A stretch of DNA of 64,000 nucleotides, taken from assembly GCA_040768745.1 (NCBI GenBank), contig JAXGMI010000001.1, positions 352,001 through 416,000 on the forward strand, given 5' to 3'. Source of the stretch: Desulfomicrobium sp. GTDB lineage: Bacteria; Desulfobacterota; Desulfovibrionia; Desulfovibrionales; Desulfomicrobiaceae. Numbering within the stretch: the stretch's first letter is position 1; each line of letters starts with the position of its first letter. The notes under the pieces were generated by a model, which worked only from the letters and a program-made list of their open reading frames with translations, was not told where the DNA came from and made no database searches. Both the position numbers and the translations under genes were made by a program. Positions 8,426 through 19,061 of the stretch are shown piece by piece.

Positions 8426-10105
8426 TTACGAGGCAGCAGACGAAACTTTGGGCAGGAGTATGAAAAACGTCGAGCCCTGTCCCTTGGCGCTCGTAAAATC
8501 CAACACGCCGTTCATGCTGTCCACGATCCCATGGCAGAGGGACAACCCAAGACCGGTACCACTTCCAGCTGGCTTGGTGGTAAAGAATGGAGTGAAAATC
8601 AATTGCTGATGCTCCGGGCTGATGCCGGCGCCGTTGTCTTGAATGGCAATGCGCACACGGTCCGGATCTTCGGGAGCACAGGACAGGGTGATTTCCCCAA
8701 CGCGTCCGTCAGCCACTTCGCCAACGGCATGTATGGCATTGTTGAGCAGGTTCAACAGTACCTGCTGGAGCCTGCCGGGATCAACGTGCACGATCAGACG
8801 GGAAGGTGACATGTCGGTTCGCAAGAGGATGTTGTTGAGCTGGATCTTCTTCTGAATCATGGTCAGCACTTCGGGTATGAACTTGGCCAGATCGACGTTC
8901 TGCTCCTCCACATTCCCAACCCGGCCAAAACTCAGGATGGAATGGGTTATCCTGGCGCACCGATCGATCTGCGCCTTGATCTGATCCACACTGGAGGAAA
9001 GTTCAGCCATGGTGTTCACGAAATCGGGATCATCTGCAGGCATGTTCTTGCAATCCTGCAGCAGCATCTCGACATAAGCCTGCTCGCTCTTCATGATTTG
9101 CAGGGGGTTGTTGATCTCATGCGCGAAACCTGCTGCCATTTCCCCAAGTTCGGCCAGCCGACCTGCCCGATACAGCTGTTCGCGCAGTTTTTCGCGTTCC
9201 TCTTCCCGCTGTCGCAGCATTTTTTCCACATATCCGGTGAGATAAAGCGATGTCAGAAAGACAACGATACCGCCGCAAAGAACAGCCAGTCCCAGAAAAA
9301 GAACCGCATTGTCAAAAGCACGAACCAAGCCCGTCGAGTGCTTGCGCACCGCCAGAATCCACCCCGTGTGGCGCATGACCCTGCTTGCATAGGCAACCTT
9401 GGAAGAATCATCCCAAAAACTCATCCCCACCCGATCCAAAAACACGGGCTCGGCCAGCTCCTGATCTCTGGTCAGCACCTGGCCCCCACTGCCGGCAATG
9501 ACCTCGCCCTCACGATTGATCAAAAAGACATCGACGCCCTCCTCGCGCACATCCATAAGAATGCGGGTAAAGGCTGCCGGATCCAGGGACGCGCGCAAGA
9601 CATAGGATTTTTCTCCAAAGGTTTGCCGCAAGGCAAGAACACAATGGGGAATGCCCATCTGTCCGGACATGACCCCGCTGACGCTGCGCCCCCGTTTGAT
9701 GGCCTCGTCCAGCCACTTGTCTGGTGTGACATGCGTACCCTTGAACACGCTTGGGCCGGCATAGGCCAGCACGACGCCGCCCTCATCCACAAGGGCTACG
9801 TCCAAGATTTCCTTGTGCTTGGCCTCCAGGTTCTCGAGGACGGTCTTCAGCATTGCAGGACCGGATTGAGGGGACAGCTGGTCATCGACCAGGGCCATGT
9901 CCCCGAGGCAGTCGTCGATGTATCTCTCAAGGATGTACACGTAATGTCTGGAAAGAAGTGTCAAGTGCTCGAGAGAATCGTCCTGGGCACGGTGCCAATA
10001 CAGATATCCTCCCGCACCCAGGGCCAGGAGCACCGGAATAAATGGGGCGAGAAACATGGTCGCGAAAAGATTGCGCTTGATGGCTTGGATGGTGAATTGG
10101 CGCAT
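8426..10105 (-). CDS. Membrane sensor histidine kinase (Cache-like periplasmic domain, NtrB-type core)
   Basis: Two TM segments; H-box AHEINNPL; N-box NLLNNA; DNGAGI; FTPFFTTK; GTGLGL. Confidence 0.93.
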   Translation of the reverse strand: MRQFTIQAIKRNLFATMFLAPFIPVLLALGAGGYLYWHRAQDDSLEHLTLLSRHYVYILERYIDDCLGDMALVDDQLSPQSGPAMLKTVLENLEAKHKEILDVALVDEGGVVLAYAGPSVFKGTHVTPDKWLDEAIKRGRSVSGVMSGQMGIPHCVLALRQTFGEKSYVLRASLDPAAFTRILMDVREEGVDVFLINREGEVIAGSGGQVLTRDQELAEPVFLDRVGMSFWDDSSKVAYASRVMRHTGWILAVRKHSTGLVRAFDNAVLFLGLAVLCGGIVVFLTSLYLTGYVEKMLRQREEEREKLREQLYRAGRLAELGEMAAGFAHEINNPLQIMKSEQAYVEMLLQDCKNMPADDPDFVNTMAELSSSVDQIKAQIDRCARITHSILSFGRVGNVEEQNVDLAKFIPEVLTMIQKKIQLNNILLRTDMSPSRLIVHVDPGRLQQVLLNLLNNAIHAVGEVADGRVGEITLSCAPEDPDRVRIAIQDNGAGISPEHQQLIFTPFFTTKPAGSGTGLGLSLCHGIVDSMNGVLDFTSAKGQGSTFFILLPKVSSAAS

Positions 10106-10114
10106 GCTGGTCCC

Positions 10115-10528
10115 TTACCGGACACCCCCTTCTTCAAAGGCCAAATATGCTGTGTCGACCAATTTAGTCAGGGAGACGGGCTTGAGGAGGTAGGAATATG
10201 CCCCATAGGCCATGCCCCGCAGACCCATTTCCTCACCGCCATGCCCTGACAGGAGAATCACCTGGGTCCTGGGCCACCCGAGCTTGATCTCGCGCAACGT
10301 TTCCAGTCCATCCATGCCCGGCATCATGACGTCCAAAATGACCACGTCATATTTGTTTTGCCCGAGAGCGGCCAGCGCATCGCGCCCACTGCCTACCCCG
10401 GTGACCTTGAACCCGCGGCGCTCCAGTCGTTTGACCAGCGTCTCCATAAAATCACGCTCATCGTCGACAACCAGCACGGCAGGGCCTGTGCGCACGGACG
10501 CAATCTGGGCATTACTCTTTTCAGTCAT
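10115..10528 (-). CDS. Single-domain response regulator
   Basis: VDDE, LDVMMPG, LSGHG and LKP motifs. Confidence 0.92.
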   Translation of the reverse strand: MTEKSNAQIASVRTGPAVLVVDDERDFMETLVKRLERRGFKVTGVGSGRDALAALGQNKYDVVILDVMMPGMDGLETLREIKLGWPRTQVILLSGHGGEEMGLRGMAYGAYSYLLKPVSLTKLVDTAYLAFEEGGVR

Positions 10529-12185
10529 GATGTTTCACCGGCAAAAGTATTATGAATTCAGTACCTTTTCCAAGTTCGCTTTCAAAACGGATGCTTCCCC
10601 CCAGCTTATTGATGATGGAATAACTGATGGAAAGGCCCAGACCTGTCCCTTCCCCAACCTTCTTGGTGGTAAAAAAAGGATCGAAAACACGCCGCTGCAC
10701 CTCCTTGTCCATGCCCGGTCCATCATCGCGAATCCTGACTTCAACCATGTCCGCCTGTGAGTCGAAATTTGTGGAGATGAAAATATTCCCTTTCTTGTCC
10801 AGGGCATCGATCGCGTTGTTCATCAGATTCAAGATGACCTGCTGCAATTGTGACGCGTCGGACTGGATAGCGGGCAGATCTTTTCTGAGGTCCCAGTTCA
10901 AGGCAATATTTCTGAACCGCACTTCGTTATCGAGAAATGTTGCGGTCTGCTTCAGCAGATCGTTGATGTACACATCGTTGCAGACAGGCTCCATGCGACG
11001 GGCAAACCCGAGCATCCTGTGCACGACATTGCCCGCCCTCTCCACATGCTGTTCAATTTTGTCCACTGCATCGACGAACTCCTGGAAATTCGGGCTGGAC
11101 TTGACATCCTCCTCGTCCAAAAGGTCGCGCATCCATCCTGCTTTTTCACGGATGACGGCCAAAGGATTATTCACCTCATGCGCCACCCCTGCGGCCAGTT
11201 TGCCCAAGGCGGCCATCTTGCTGGACTGGATCAACTCTTCGTTCAGCTGCGCCTGCTCGCGCTCCATGCGCTCCTGCTGCACCACAATCATGCGCGTGAG
11301 CATGAGCGTCCCGATGATGATGAACGCAATCCCGCTTCCGACGACAGCCCAGGTTGCAGCCTGGGTTTTGAAAAGGGGGGCCAGTTCACCCTGCCTGTCT
11401 TCTTCGATGACCAGCAGCCAGTCTTTCTCCTGCAGCCAAATCCCGCCGACAAAGATCTTTTTCCGGTCCGACTCGTGCTCCTGGACCTTGGCCCCAGAAA
11501 AAGGCGTCCCGAGAAAAGAAGAGTAGATGTCCTCACTCTTGTTCCCAAACCTGGGCCGAGTCTGCAGGGCTCCACTCCGATTGACCAGATAGGCGTCTCC
11601 TTTGTCTCCAAGCTGCAGCCAGCGGACCAGGGAATCGAAGATATCGGAGTCAATGGTGGCCCGCAGAATCCAGACCCGGCCTTTGTCTTGAATTTTGACG
11701 GCGATTATCATGTGCGGAAATCCCCGGAAACCTTCGAAGACATCAGAAACATAGATCTTGCGGACCATGACCTGATGAAACCAGTCCTCGTTTTTGTAGT
11801 TCGCTTCGGCAAGGTTGTACGGACCGGCATAGCTGACGTGCCGTCCTTCTTCATTGATCAGACCCAGGTCGATAAATGTTTTGGAGCTGAGTTGCATAGT
11901 CGCCAGGATCGAATCCAGTTTTCCCGGCGAAGAGAGATCCTCGACTGTATTTGAATAGGCCATGGTCCTCAGCTGAGAGACCTGCTCCCGCAGAAAGAGG
12001 TCAATGCCCTGGCGTTTGTTCTCTGCCAGGGTAATGATATTTGCCCTGACCTTGGAATGATACGTTGACGCGAACATGGAATACATGGTCACACCCAACG
12101 TGATCAGTGGTATCAATGAAAATCCCAGGGCCATGCCGGCAATTTTGGTGCCAAGATCTTTAAGCCTGAAAATCGACATGTTCAC
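10521..12185 (-). CDS. Membrane sensor histidine kinase (Cache-like periplasmic domain)
   Basis: Two TM segments; AHEVNNPL; NLMNNA; DDGPG; FDPFFTTK; GTGLGL; overlaps the downstream RR gene. Confidence 0.93.
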   Translation of the reverse strand: MNMSIFRLKDLGTKIAGMALGFSLIPLITLGVTMYSMFASTYHSKVRANIITLAENKRQGIDLFLREQVSQLRTMAYSNTVEDLSSPGKLDSILATMQLSSKTFIDLGLINEEGRHVSYAGPYNLAEANYKNEDWFHQVMVRKIYVSDVFEGFRGFPHMIIAVKIQDKGRVWILRATIDSDIFDSLVRWLQLGDKGDAYLVNRSGALQTRPRFGNKSEDIYSSFLGTPFSGAKVQEHESDRKKIFVGGIWLQEKDWLLVIEEDRQGELAPLFKTQAATWAVVGSGIAFIIIGTLMLTRMIVVQQERMEREQAQLNEELIQSSKMAALGKLAAGVAHEVNNPLAVIREKAGWMRDLLDEEDVKSSPNFQEFVDAVDKIEQHVERAGNVVHRMLGFARRMEPVCNDVYINDLLKQTATFLDNEVRFRNIALNWDLRKDLPAIQSDASQLQQVILNLMNNAIDALDKKGNIFISTNFDSQADMVEVRIRDDGPGMDKEVQRRVFDPFFTTKKVGEGTGLGLSISYSIINKLGGSIRFESELGKGTEFIILLPVKHHD

Positions 12186-12625
12186 CGCCCACGCAAAAAT
12201 TCAAAACAACTTCCGTGGAAAAGATTCATTCGCCCCGAAAATCAAAACATATATGAGCCAAGCCCCAGACGCAACAAGGTCCTTTCGCATGCGGCACCTG
12301 ACTTCTGTGTAGCAATGGACAGTTCCGCAATGCCGGGAGTTCTCCGCAGACAAGACAGCGGCATGGCCCTGCGGTGTGCCTCCATCTGGATGCCTCCCAC
12401 GGATATCCTGGCCCTCCGGCCGGACGCCATTTCCAAAGGAACTTTTCCCATGATCAGAACATGACCATCCAGCGGTTCGTACGAAACGCGGCCCCTTTTT
12501 CGGGCTGCCACACCATTCATGATTGCAAGCCTGTCACCTTCTGTGTCAGAAGTGGACTGGGGATGGAAACCCGACGATCACTGGTATTTGCATTCCCGGC
12601 AGTCCTGTTAACGTCTGGAGCACGC

Positions 12626-15274
12626 ATGAGTTTACTCCAACGAGTCAAAAACGTCTTTTTCCCACCCCCTCCTGTTCAGGAGGATAAAGGACAGGAAGAC
12701 CTCTTCAAGGCCAGATATCAGGCTTTTCGCAGACTCCTGTCTGCCAACAACGCGGCCCTCGACATCATGACGGAACTGGAGGCGGCTGCCCGGGGAAGCC
12801 GTCATTTCGGGATGCACTTCCTCAGGTCGCGGGTGACGGCGATCACAGCCAAAGTCTACGCCATGGTCAACAATATGCTGTCCCTGGCCCCTGGAAAATA
12901 CCAGGCCCTGCCTGATGCCATGCGCACCATCCAGGGACAGATCCAGAACGAAATCAATCTCAGGGACACCCCGCACCGCCAGGAACTTGTGCTGGACTTG
13001 GACCAGATCACGGCCAGCGACGTGGACGACGTGGGCGGGAAGATGGCCAACCTCGGGGAACTTCGCAACGCGCTGCAAGTCCCGGTCCCCAACGGATTTG
13101 CCATCACGGCCCAGGGCTACATGGCGTTCATGCGCCAGACAGGTTTGCTGGAGGAAATCAACTGCCTTGTGCTGGGTCACCCCATGGCCTCCCACTTCGC
13201 AGCGGGAGTCAATGCCCCACGTGACCCCGAAGAGGAGGAAACCACGGACCAGCCCATCGCCCTTCTGGAGCTGTGCTCCAAGATCAGGGGCATGATCCTC
13301 TCCACACCCATCCCCACGGAACTCGAAGAAGCCATTCTTTCCTCCTACGACCGACTGTGCGAACGCGAAGGCAGACAGATGCACGTGGCCCTGCGCTCCA
13401 GCGCCCTGGGAGAGGACAGCGCCGGGGCCTCCTTTGCCGGACAGCACCGCTCCCTTTTGAACCTGGACCGCGACAGTCTGATCGAAGGCTACAAAGAGGT
13501 CGTTGCCAGCAAGTATTCAGCCCACGCCATGACCTACAGATACATGCGCGGCATCCGCGACGACGACGTCCTCATGTGCGTCGGCTGTCTGAGCATGGTG
13601 ACCTCCCGGGCCGGCGGGGTCGCGTATACGGTCAACCCCCTCAACGCTGACGACAAACGCATCCAGATCACCTCCGCCTGGGGTGTGGCCAAAGGCGTGG
13701 TGGACGGCACGGCCACCACCGATCAGTTCGTTGTGGAGAAAGAGAACGGGATGCACATTGTGGACCGCCACGTTCCGCGCAAGGAGTCGGCCCTGGCCTG
13801 TTCCGACATTGAAGGGGTTTGCCGGATTTCCGTTGATCCACAACTCTGTGAACAGCCCACCCTTGAGGATCCGCAAATCATCGAGCTGGCCTCCATGGCC
13901 TCCCGCATCGAAGCTCACTACGGAATGCCCCAGGACATCGAATGGGCCTTTACGCCGGAGGCCAAACTCGTCCTCCTGCAAACCCGCCCTCTGGATGTCC
14001 GGGAGGCCCAGGCTGTTCCGAACCTGCTGCCAGGCGTGCCGCCGCTGATCCACGGCGGACAGACAGCCAGTGCGGGCACAGCCCATGGATTCGTGCATGT
14101 CGTCAAAAAAGATGTGGACATCCTCGTGTTGCCCGAAAAAGCCATTCTGGTCTGTGTCGAAGCGGCGCCGAAATGGGCTGCGGTGCTGAACAGGTGCCAG
14201 GGGATCATCACGGAACAGGGCAGCATTGCCGGGCATCTGGCCAATGTTTCCCGCGAGTTCAACATACCTGCCCTTTTTGGCGTGCCTTCAGCCACGGACC
14301 TCCTCAGGCCAGGCCAGGAAATCACCTTGGATGCTGACAACATGGCCATTTATGAAGGATTGCAGGAAACCCTCCTGGATCGGAAGCAGGAACGGCCGAA
14401 CATGATGGAGGGAAGCTCGGTCTTCCAGACCCTGTTGCGGGTGAACAAGTTCATCACCCCCCTGCACCTGATCGATCCAGATGGGCTCGAGTTCAAGGCA
14501 TCCAATTGCCAAACACTGCACGATATCACCCGATTCTGCCACGAAAAATCCGTGCAGGAGATGTTCAACTTCGGCCGGGACCACAACTTCTCACCCAGAT
14601 CCAGCAAGCAGCTCAAAACAATCACTGCCATGCAGTGGTGGGTCATCAATCTCGATGACGGGTTCCGCAAGGAAGTCGGATCCAAAATGGTGCCCCTGGA
14701 CAATATTGTTTCCATCCCCATGCTGGCACTGTGGCGCGGCATCGTGGCTTTTCCCTGGGAAGGCCCACCCAGTATCGACGGAAAGGGCTTCCTGTCCGTC
14801 CTCTTCCAGTCCGCGACCAACTCCAATCTCGAGCCGTCCATGGCTTCCCAATTCGCCGAAAAAAACTACTTCATGATATCCAAACACTTCTGCAATCTGC
14901 AGTCACGGTTCGGGTACCACTTCACTTCCGTGGAAGCCCTGGCCGGTCCGCGTTCCCGTGAAAACTACATCCGCTTCCAGTTCAAGGGTGGAGCCGCCGA
15001 CTACCACCGCCGGGAGCGCAGGGCTCGCTTTGTCGGTGAAATCCTCGACGAGTTCGATTTTCAGATCAAGGTCCGGGAAGACGCCATGTTCGCCAGGCTG
15101 GATGATTGCGATCAGCAATTCATCGAGGACCACCTCGAAATCCTGGGGCACATCCTGATCCACACCCGACAACTGGACATGATCATGTCCAAGGAAGATG
15201 TGGTCCAGCTGTACAAACAGCGCATCCTGCATCAACTGCGCTCCCTCACGGATGCAAAGAAAAAAACCGCGTGA
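12626..15274 (+). CDS. PEP/pyruvate-binding domain protein (PEP synthase / pyruvate,water dikinase-like) with atypical termini
   Basis: ATP-grasp motifs VGGKMANLGE, LRSSALGED, SFAGQH and QDIEW..LQTRP; phospho-His swivel motif GSIAGHLANVSREFNIPA; start ATG 12626 after GGAG. Confidence 0.88.
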   Translation: MSLLQRVKNVFFPPPPVQEDKGQEDLFKARYQAFRRLLSANNAALDIMTELEAAARGSRHFGMHFLRSRVTAITAKVYAMVNNMLSLAPGKYQALPDAMRTIQGQIQNEINLRDTPHRQELVLDLDQITASDVDDVGGKMANLGELRNALQVPVPNGFAITAQGYMAFMRQTGLLEEINCLVLGHPMASHFAAGVNAPRDPEEEETTDQPIALLELCSKIRGMILSTPIPTELEEAILSSYDRLCEREGRQMHVALRSSALGEDSAGASFAGQHRSLLNLDRDSLIEGYKEVVASKYSAHAMTYRYMRGIRDDDVLMCVGCLSMVTSRAGGVAYTVNPLNADDKRIQITSAWGVAKGVVDGTATTDQFVVEKENGMHIVDRHVPRKESALACSDIEGVCRISVDPQLCEQPTLEDPQIIELASMASRIEAHYGMPQDIEWAFTPEAKLVLLQTRPLDVREAQAVPNLLPGVPPLIHGGQTASAGTAHGFVHVVKKDVDILVLPEKAILVCVEAAPKWAAVLNRCQGIITEQGSIAGHLANVSREFNIPALFGVPSATDLLRPGQEITLDADNMAIYEGLQETLLDRKQERPNMMEGSSVFQTLLRVNKFITPLHLIDPDGLEFKASNCQTLHDITRFCHEKSVQEMFNFGRDHNFSPRSSKQLKTITAMQWWVINLDDGFRKEVGSKMVPLDNIVSIPMLALWRGIVAFPWEGPPSIDGKGFLSVLFQSATNSNLEPSMASQFAEKNYFMISKHFCNLQSRFGYHFTSVEALAGPRSRENYIRFQFKGGAADYHRRERRARFVGEILDEFDFQIKVREDAMFARLDDCDQQFIEDHLEILGHILIHTRQLDMIMSKEDVVQLYKQRILHQLRSLTDAKKKTA

Positions 15275-15299
15275 CCCGCAGGTCAGTCAAGGGAAAAGC

Positions 15300-15494
15300 A
15301 TGAACGAACGCTCAAAGGAGAATACACCCAGCCATGCAGTACTGCGTGGAGTGATCATCGGCGGATCCATCGGCATGATCGCGAGCTGGTTTGGCTATGA
15401 GCCGGTCAAGGCATTTTTTATGGGCATTGTCTGCGGCATTTTCGCTGCCGCCACAAAAATCATGGCAGACCGGTTGCGCGGAAATAAGCCTTGA
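15300..15494 (+). CDS. Small hypothetical membrane protein (2 TM)
   Basis: 64-aa ORF with two hydrophobic Gly-rich helices, directly after the PEP-synthase-like gene. Confidence 0.6.
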   Translation: MNERSKENTPSHAVLRGVIIGGSIGMIASWFGYEPVKAFFMGIVCGIFAAATKIMADRLRGNKP

Positions 15495-15704
15495 CTTTTT
15501 TTACGCAGCTCTTGTGCGCTCCCCATCCCGCAACATTCAGTGACCTGTCCTGCATTGGAACCGCGCTGCTGTCCTCAGACAAGATCTTGCCTGGACATGC
15601 CATTCAAGACCATTCCCGAATGCCCCCCCAATCTTGCATAAGAAGCGTGTTTGTGTTTAGGAATCCCAAAACAACACCAACCAGGGCCAGCTCAGGAAAC
15701 GCTT

Positions 15705-16343
15705 ATGTACTGTAAAAAATGCAAATTTCATTCTTTTGACCATGTCAAGACATGTCCCAAGTGCGGAGCTGACTGGGAAGAAGCCCGCAAATCTCTCTAT
15801 CTCAATTGGATCACTTCCAGCGGTTACAATTGGCTTTCTGCGGCAAAAGCCGCCTCCCAGACAGTTTCGGCCCCTGGATTGCTTTCAGCCGCAGGCCAAA
15901 GCATGCATGAAGGCTTCATTGGCACCTCACTCTCTGACGACGTGCTGGACCTGAGCTCCCCCCAGGCCTCCGCCCAGGGCACTTCCGCAGAAAATCTTGA
16001 CGCCTCCCTGTTCCCGGACCTGGACTTCACCATGCCCGAACCAGCTCCCACTATCCAAGGACGGGCACAGACCAACAACGAGGCATTTCGTCCAGAAATG
16101 TCAGCAGAACACGTCGTCGAGTTGGACATCACTCCCTCTTTCGGCGAACAGGTCGTCCAGCCCCCTGTCCAGTCCAAACCCAACCGGACTGACCTCTTCA
16201 TTCCCGAATTGGAGGAAATGCTCGCACCCTTGGAAGATGAGCTGCCTCCCGCAGGCACGAGCCGGAAAGCAGACAGCATGGGGGACGACATCATCCTCGA
16301 TTTCAGCAGGGACGACGTCCAGGACAGGTCAGACAAGGGCTAG
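15705..16343 (+). CDS. Hypothetical protein with N-terminal zinc ribbon and acidic disordered tail
   Basis: MYCKKC...TCPKCG, then D/E/P/S-rich sequence; AGGA RBS. Confidence 0.7.
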   Translation: MYCKKCKFHSFDHVKTCPKCGADWEEARKSLYLNWITSSGYNWLSAAKAASQTVSAPGLLSAAGQSMHEGFIGTSLSDDVLDLSSPQASAQGTSAENLDASLFPDLDFTMPEPAPTIQGRAQTNNEAFRPEMSAEHVVELDITPSFGEQVVQPPVQSKPNRTDLFIPELEEMLAPLEDELPPAGTSRKADSMGDDIILDFSRDDVQDRSDKG

Positions 16344-16491
16344 AAGGGGATCGGCCATCCGGGGTTGACCGTCCGGGAAGCCTCTTTGAATGTGGCCAAA
16401 AGAACCGGCTGTTGCGGTGTGGCGTTTTTCCCGCGCCAAGGGACCCCTTTTCCCGACCTTCGCCCTCGTTTGGCAGCCCCGGTTTTCTGCA

Positions 16492-17265
16492 TCACCGCTC
16501 CACGCTGTCCTCTGCCGTGACGGCCTTGACAAACTGAAGAACGAGCTCGCTGACGCGTTCTCTTGTCTCTTCATGCGTGGTCAGCATGTGTCCGCTGGTC
16601 ACCTGCTCCATCGTGGACAGCAGGTGCATCTCCCGCCGCGGGCTGGACACGTGTGACATGATCTCCCAGGCATTGTCGGGGTGCACCGCCCTGTCGCTGA
16701 CTCCATGCAGGACCATGATGGGCGCTCTGACACGGAACAGGTTCCGGCGCACCGATACGGCACCGGCCTTGAACGAATGCAGGGGTCCTGTGAAATGCGC
16801 CCCCTCGTATCCCTCCCAGGGGGCAATGCGTTTGGACTCCGGGCTGCGCACAGACGAAGGCAACCGCTTGCACACATGACGTGCCAGACCGGTCAGAAAG
16901 AGCCGTGGATCGGGCGCCCAGTAAGGAAAAAGGCGGCACAGAAAGACCGGGGCGGCGATAGTCACCAGCCCAGCCAGGGGATGATCTGCCGCCAGGTGCA
17001 GGGCCAGGGTTCCACCCAATGAGAAACCGACGGCGACCACCTGCTCGCACTGCTCGCGGACAGCTCGCAATCCGACCTGGGCGCTCTCCAGCCAGTCCGC
17101 AAACGTGCTCGACGCGAATGCATCCTCGTCATCCTCGTGCCCGGACAAGACAGGGACATGGACATGATATCCCGCAGTGCGCAGGCGGTCGGCGACAAAG
17201 CTCATCTCAAAGGGGCGCCCCCCGTAGCCGTGCACAAGGAGGCAGCCTGTATGGTGGTTTGGCAT
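16492..17265 (-). CDS. Alpha/beta hydrolase (carboxylesterase-like)
   Basis: LVHGYGG, GFSLGG nucleophile elbow, HGVSD and C-terminal GH. Confidence 0.9.
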   Translation of the reverse strand: MPNHHTGCLLVHGYGGRPFEMSFVADRLRTAGYHVHVPVLSGHEDDEDAFASSTFADWLESAQVGLRAVREQCEQVVAVGFSLGGTLALHLAADHPLAGLVTIAAPVFLCRLFPYWAPDPRLFLTGLARHVCKRLPSSVRSPESKRIAPWEGYEGAHFTGPLHSFKAGAVSVRRNLFRVRAPIMVLHGVSDRAVHPDNAWEIMSHVSSPRREMHLLSTMEQVTSGHMLTTHEETRERVSELVLQFVKAVTAEDSVER

Positions 17266-17441
17266 GACGGATCCCTGGTGGTTTGGCCAAGCATGCGCCG
17301 GACGCAGGTAAAAAAAAAGGCTTGACTTTATCCGTCAATTCGAAAAAGAAATCAGGTTTCCGGTGATCCTTGATAGCCGCCATATTCCACCGGAAAAGGA
17401 CGCGGCAGCATTTCAGGTCATACTTATGATGGAGGAGCCTC

Positions 17442-17714
17442 ATGGCAGTAGATTTCAGCAATGCCGTCAAGACTGACGACGGCGTACAGGTGAACGGCGT
17501 TCTCATGAACCAGATCGTGGAAAAATGTGATGGCTGCGACCGGATCCAGGAATTCGAAGGCGGCAAGTACTGTGGCACCTATCCCCAGCCCGCAGTGAAG
17601 TGGAGACTGGGCGTCTGCAATTTCTCAACCCACATGAAGGCCGCGCCGGCCAAGGGCAAGACCAAGGTCAACCCCCTCAAGGCATCCAAACGTTCCGCCA
17701 AGGGTGGTCGTTGA
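17442..17714 (+). CDS. PxxKW family cysteine-rich protein
   Basis: CDGC...YC..YPQPAVKWRLGVCNFSTH and basic tail KVNPLKASKR; GGAGG RBS. Confidence 0.85.
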   Translation: MAVDFSNAVKTDDGVQVNGVLMNQIVEKCDGCDRIQEFEGGKYCGTYPQPAVKWRLGVCNFSTHMKAAPAKGKTKVNPLKASKRSAKGGR

Positions 17715-17737
17715 GCTCTTCCTCCAGATAGGTTCAC

Positions 17738-17765
17738 AAAGGCAGGATCTTCCTGCCTTTTTTTT
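17738..17765 (+). terminator. Rho-independent terminator
   Basis: aaaggcagga-tct-tcctgccttt hairpin followed by a T run. Confidence 0.85.
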
Positions 17766-17822
17766 CTTTAAAATCCCACCCCCTGCTGCGTCGCGTCCCT
17801 CGTATCCCACAAGGAAAGGCCC

Positions 17823-19061
17823 ATGTTGCACGACATCCTGGACACCATCAACAACAGTCAAGATGAACTCCTTTTCTTGCAAAAGGCCCTTGTGGCCATT
17901 CCTGCTCTCGGTCCCACCAACGGCGGGGCAGGGGAATTGGCCAAGGTGAGGCATCTGGCAGACTATCTCCGCCAGTTCCCCAGTGTGACATGCCAGGAGA
18001 TCCAGGCCCCGGACTCAAGGGTCCCTTGCGGATTCCGTCCAAACCTCGTGGCCAGACGTCCTGGCCAGAGGCCGCATACCCTTTGGTTCATCGCGCACAC
18101 CGATGTCGTGCCTGCGGGAGACCTGACCCTGTGGCAGAGCGATCCCTTTGTCTTGCGCCACGACGGGGACCTGATTTACGGCCGGGGTGTGGAAGACAAC
18201 CATCAGGGATTGGTCAGCGTTCTTCTGGTCTTGCGCGCCCTGGAAATGGCCAGGGCCCGGACTGACCTGTCCCTGGGCATCCTGCTGGCCGCGGACGAAG
18301 AGACCGGCAACGCCAAGGGCATGGAATACATCATGAGCCACCATCCCCAGATCTTTGGCCCCGACGACCTGGTGCTCATCCCCGATTTCGGGACCAGGGA
18401 CGGTTCTGGAATCGAGATCGCCGAAAAAAGCGTACTCTGGCTCAAATTCACGGTGCAGGGCAGGCAGTGCCACGCTTCCACCCCAGGGGAGGGGATCAAC
18501 TCCCTGCTCGGCGCCTCGGCCCTGATTCTGGCCCTTGAACGCCTCGACTCGATATTCGACATGCAGGATCCGCTCTTCGACCCCCCGGCGTCGACCTTCG
18601 CGTCCACCAAGAAGGAGGCCAACGTCCCCAACATCAACACCATCCCCGGCCAGGATGTCTTTTATCTGGATTGCAGAGTCCTGCCCGGCTATTCCCTGGA
18701 CCAAATCGAGGAGGCGATCCGGGCCATTTGCGACGAGGTCGAGACCCTGCGTGGTGTATCCATCTCCTTCGCCCCCGTGATCCGGGAACAGGCCGCGCCG
18801 GGAACGCCACCCGACAGCCCCGTGGTCACCCGGCTGAAGACGGCCCTGAACAGGGAACGAAAGCTCGCTCCACGGATCATCGGCATCGGTGGCGGAACCG
18901 TGGCCTCGTCGTTCCGGCGGCGCGGCATCCCGGCCGCGTGCTGGTCCACCATCCTCAACACGGCCCACCAGCCCAACGAACATTCATCCATCGCCAACGC
19001 CATCGCCGACGCCCGGGTTTTCGCCCACCTGCTCTTTGACAGCCCGGAGGAGGGACAATGA
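17823..19061 (+). CDS. M20 family metallo-hydrolase (ArgE/DapE-like)
   Basis: AHTDVV, GRGVEDN, ADEETG, HASTP and AHQPNE motifs. Confidence 0.9.
   Translation: MLHDILDTINNSQDELLFLQKALVAIPALGPTNGGAGELAKVRHLADYLRQFPSVTCQEIQAPDSRVPCGFRPNLVARRPGQRPHTLWFIAHTDVVPAGDLTLWQSDPFVLRHDGDLIYGRGVEDNHQGLVSVLLVLRALEMARARTDLSLGILLAADEETGNAKGMEYIMSHHPQIFGPDDLVLIPDFGTRDGSGIEIAEKSVLWLKFTVQGRQCHASTPGEGINSLLGASALILALERLDSIFDMQDPLFDPPASTFASTKKEANVPNINTIPGQDVFYLDCRVLPGYSLDQIEEAIRAICDEVETLRGVSISFAPVIREQAAPGTPPDSPVVTRLKTALNRERKLAPRIIGIGGGTVASSFRRRGIPAACWSTILNTAHQPNEHSSIANAIADARVFAHLLFDSPEEGQ

Noticed and set aside
17322..17338. TTGAC-N7-GTCAA palindrome between the hydrolase and PxxKW genes
   Set aside because: Only 5-bp arms and a single instance; may simply be two divergent -35 boxes.
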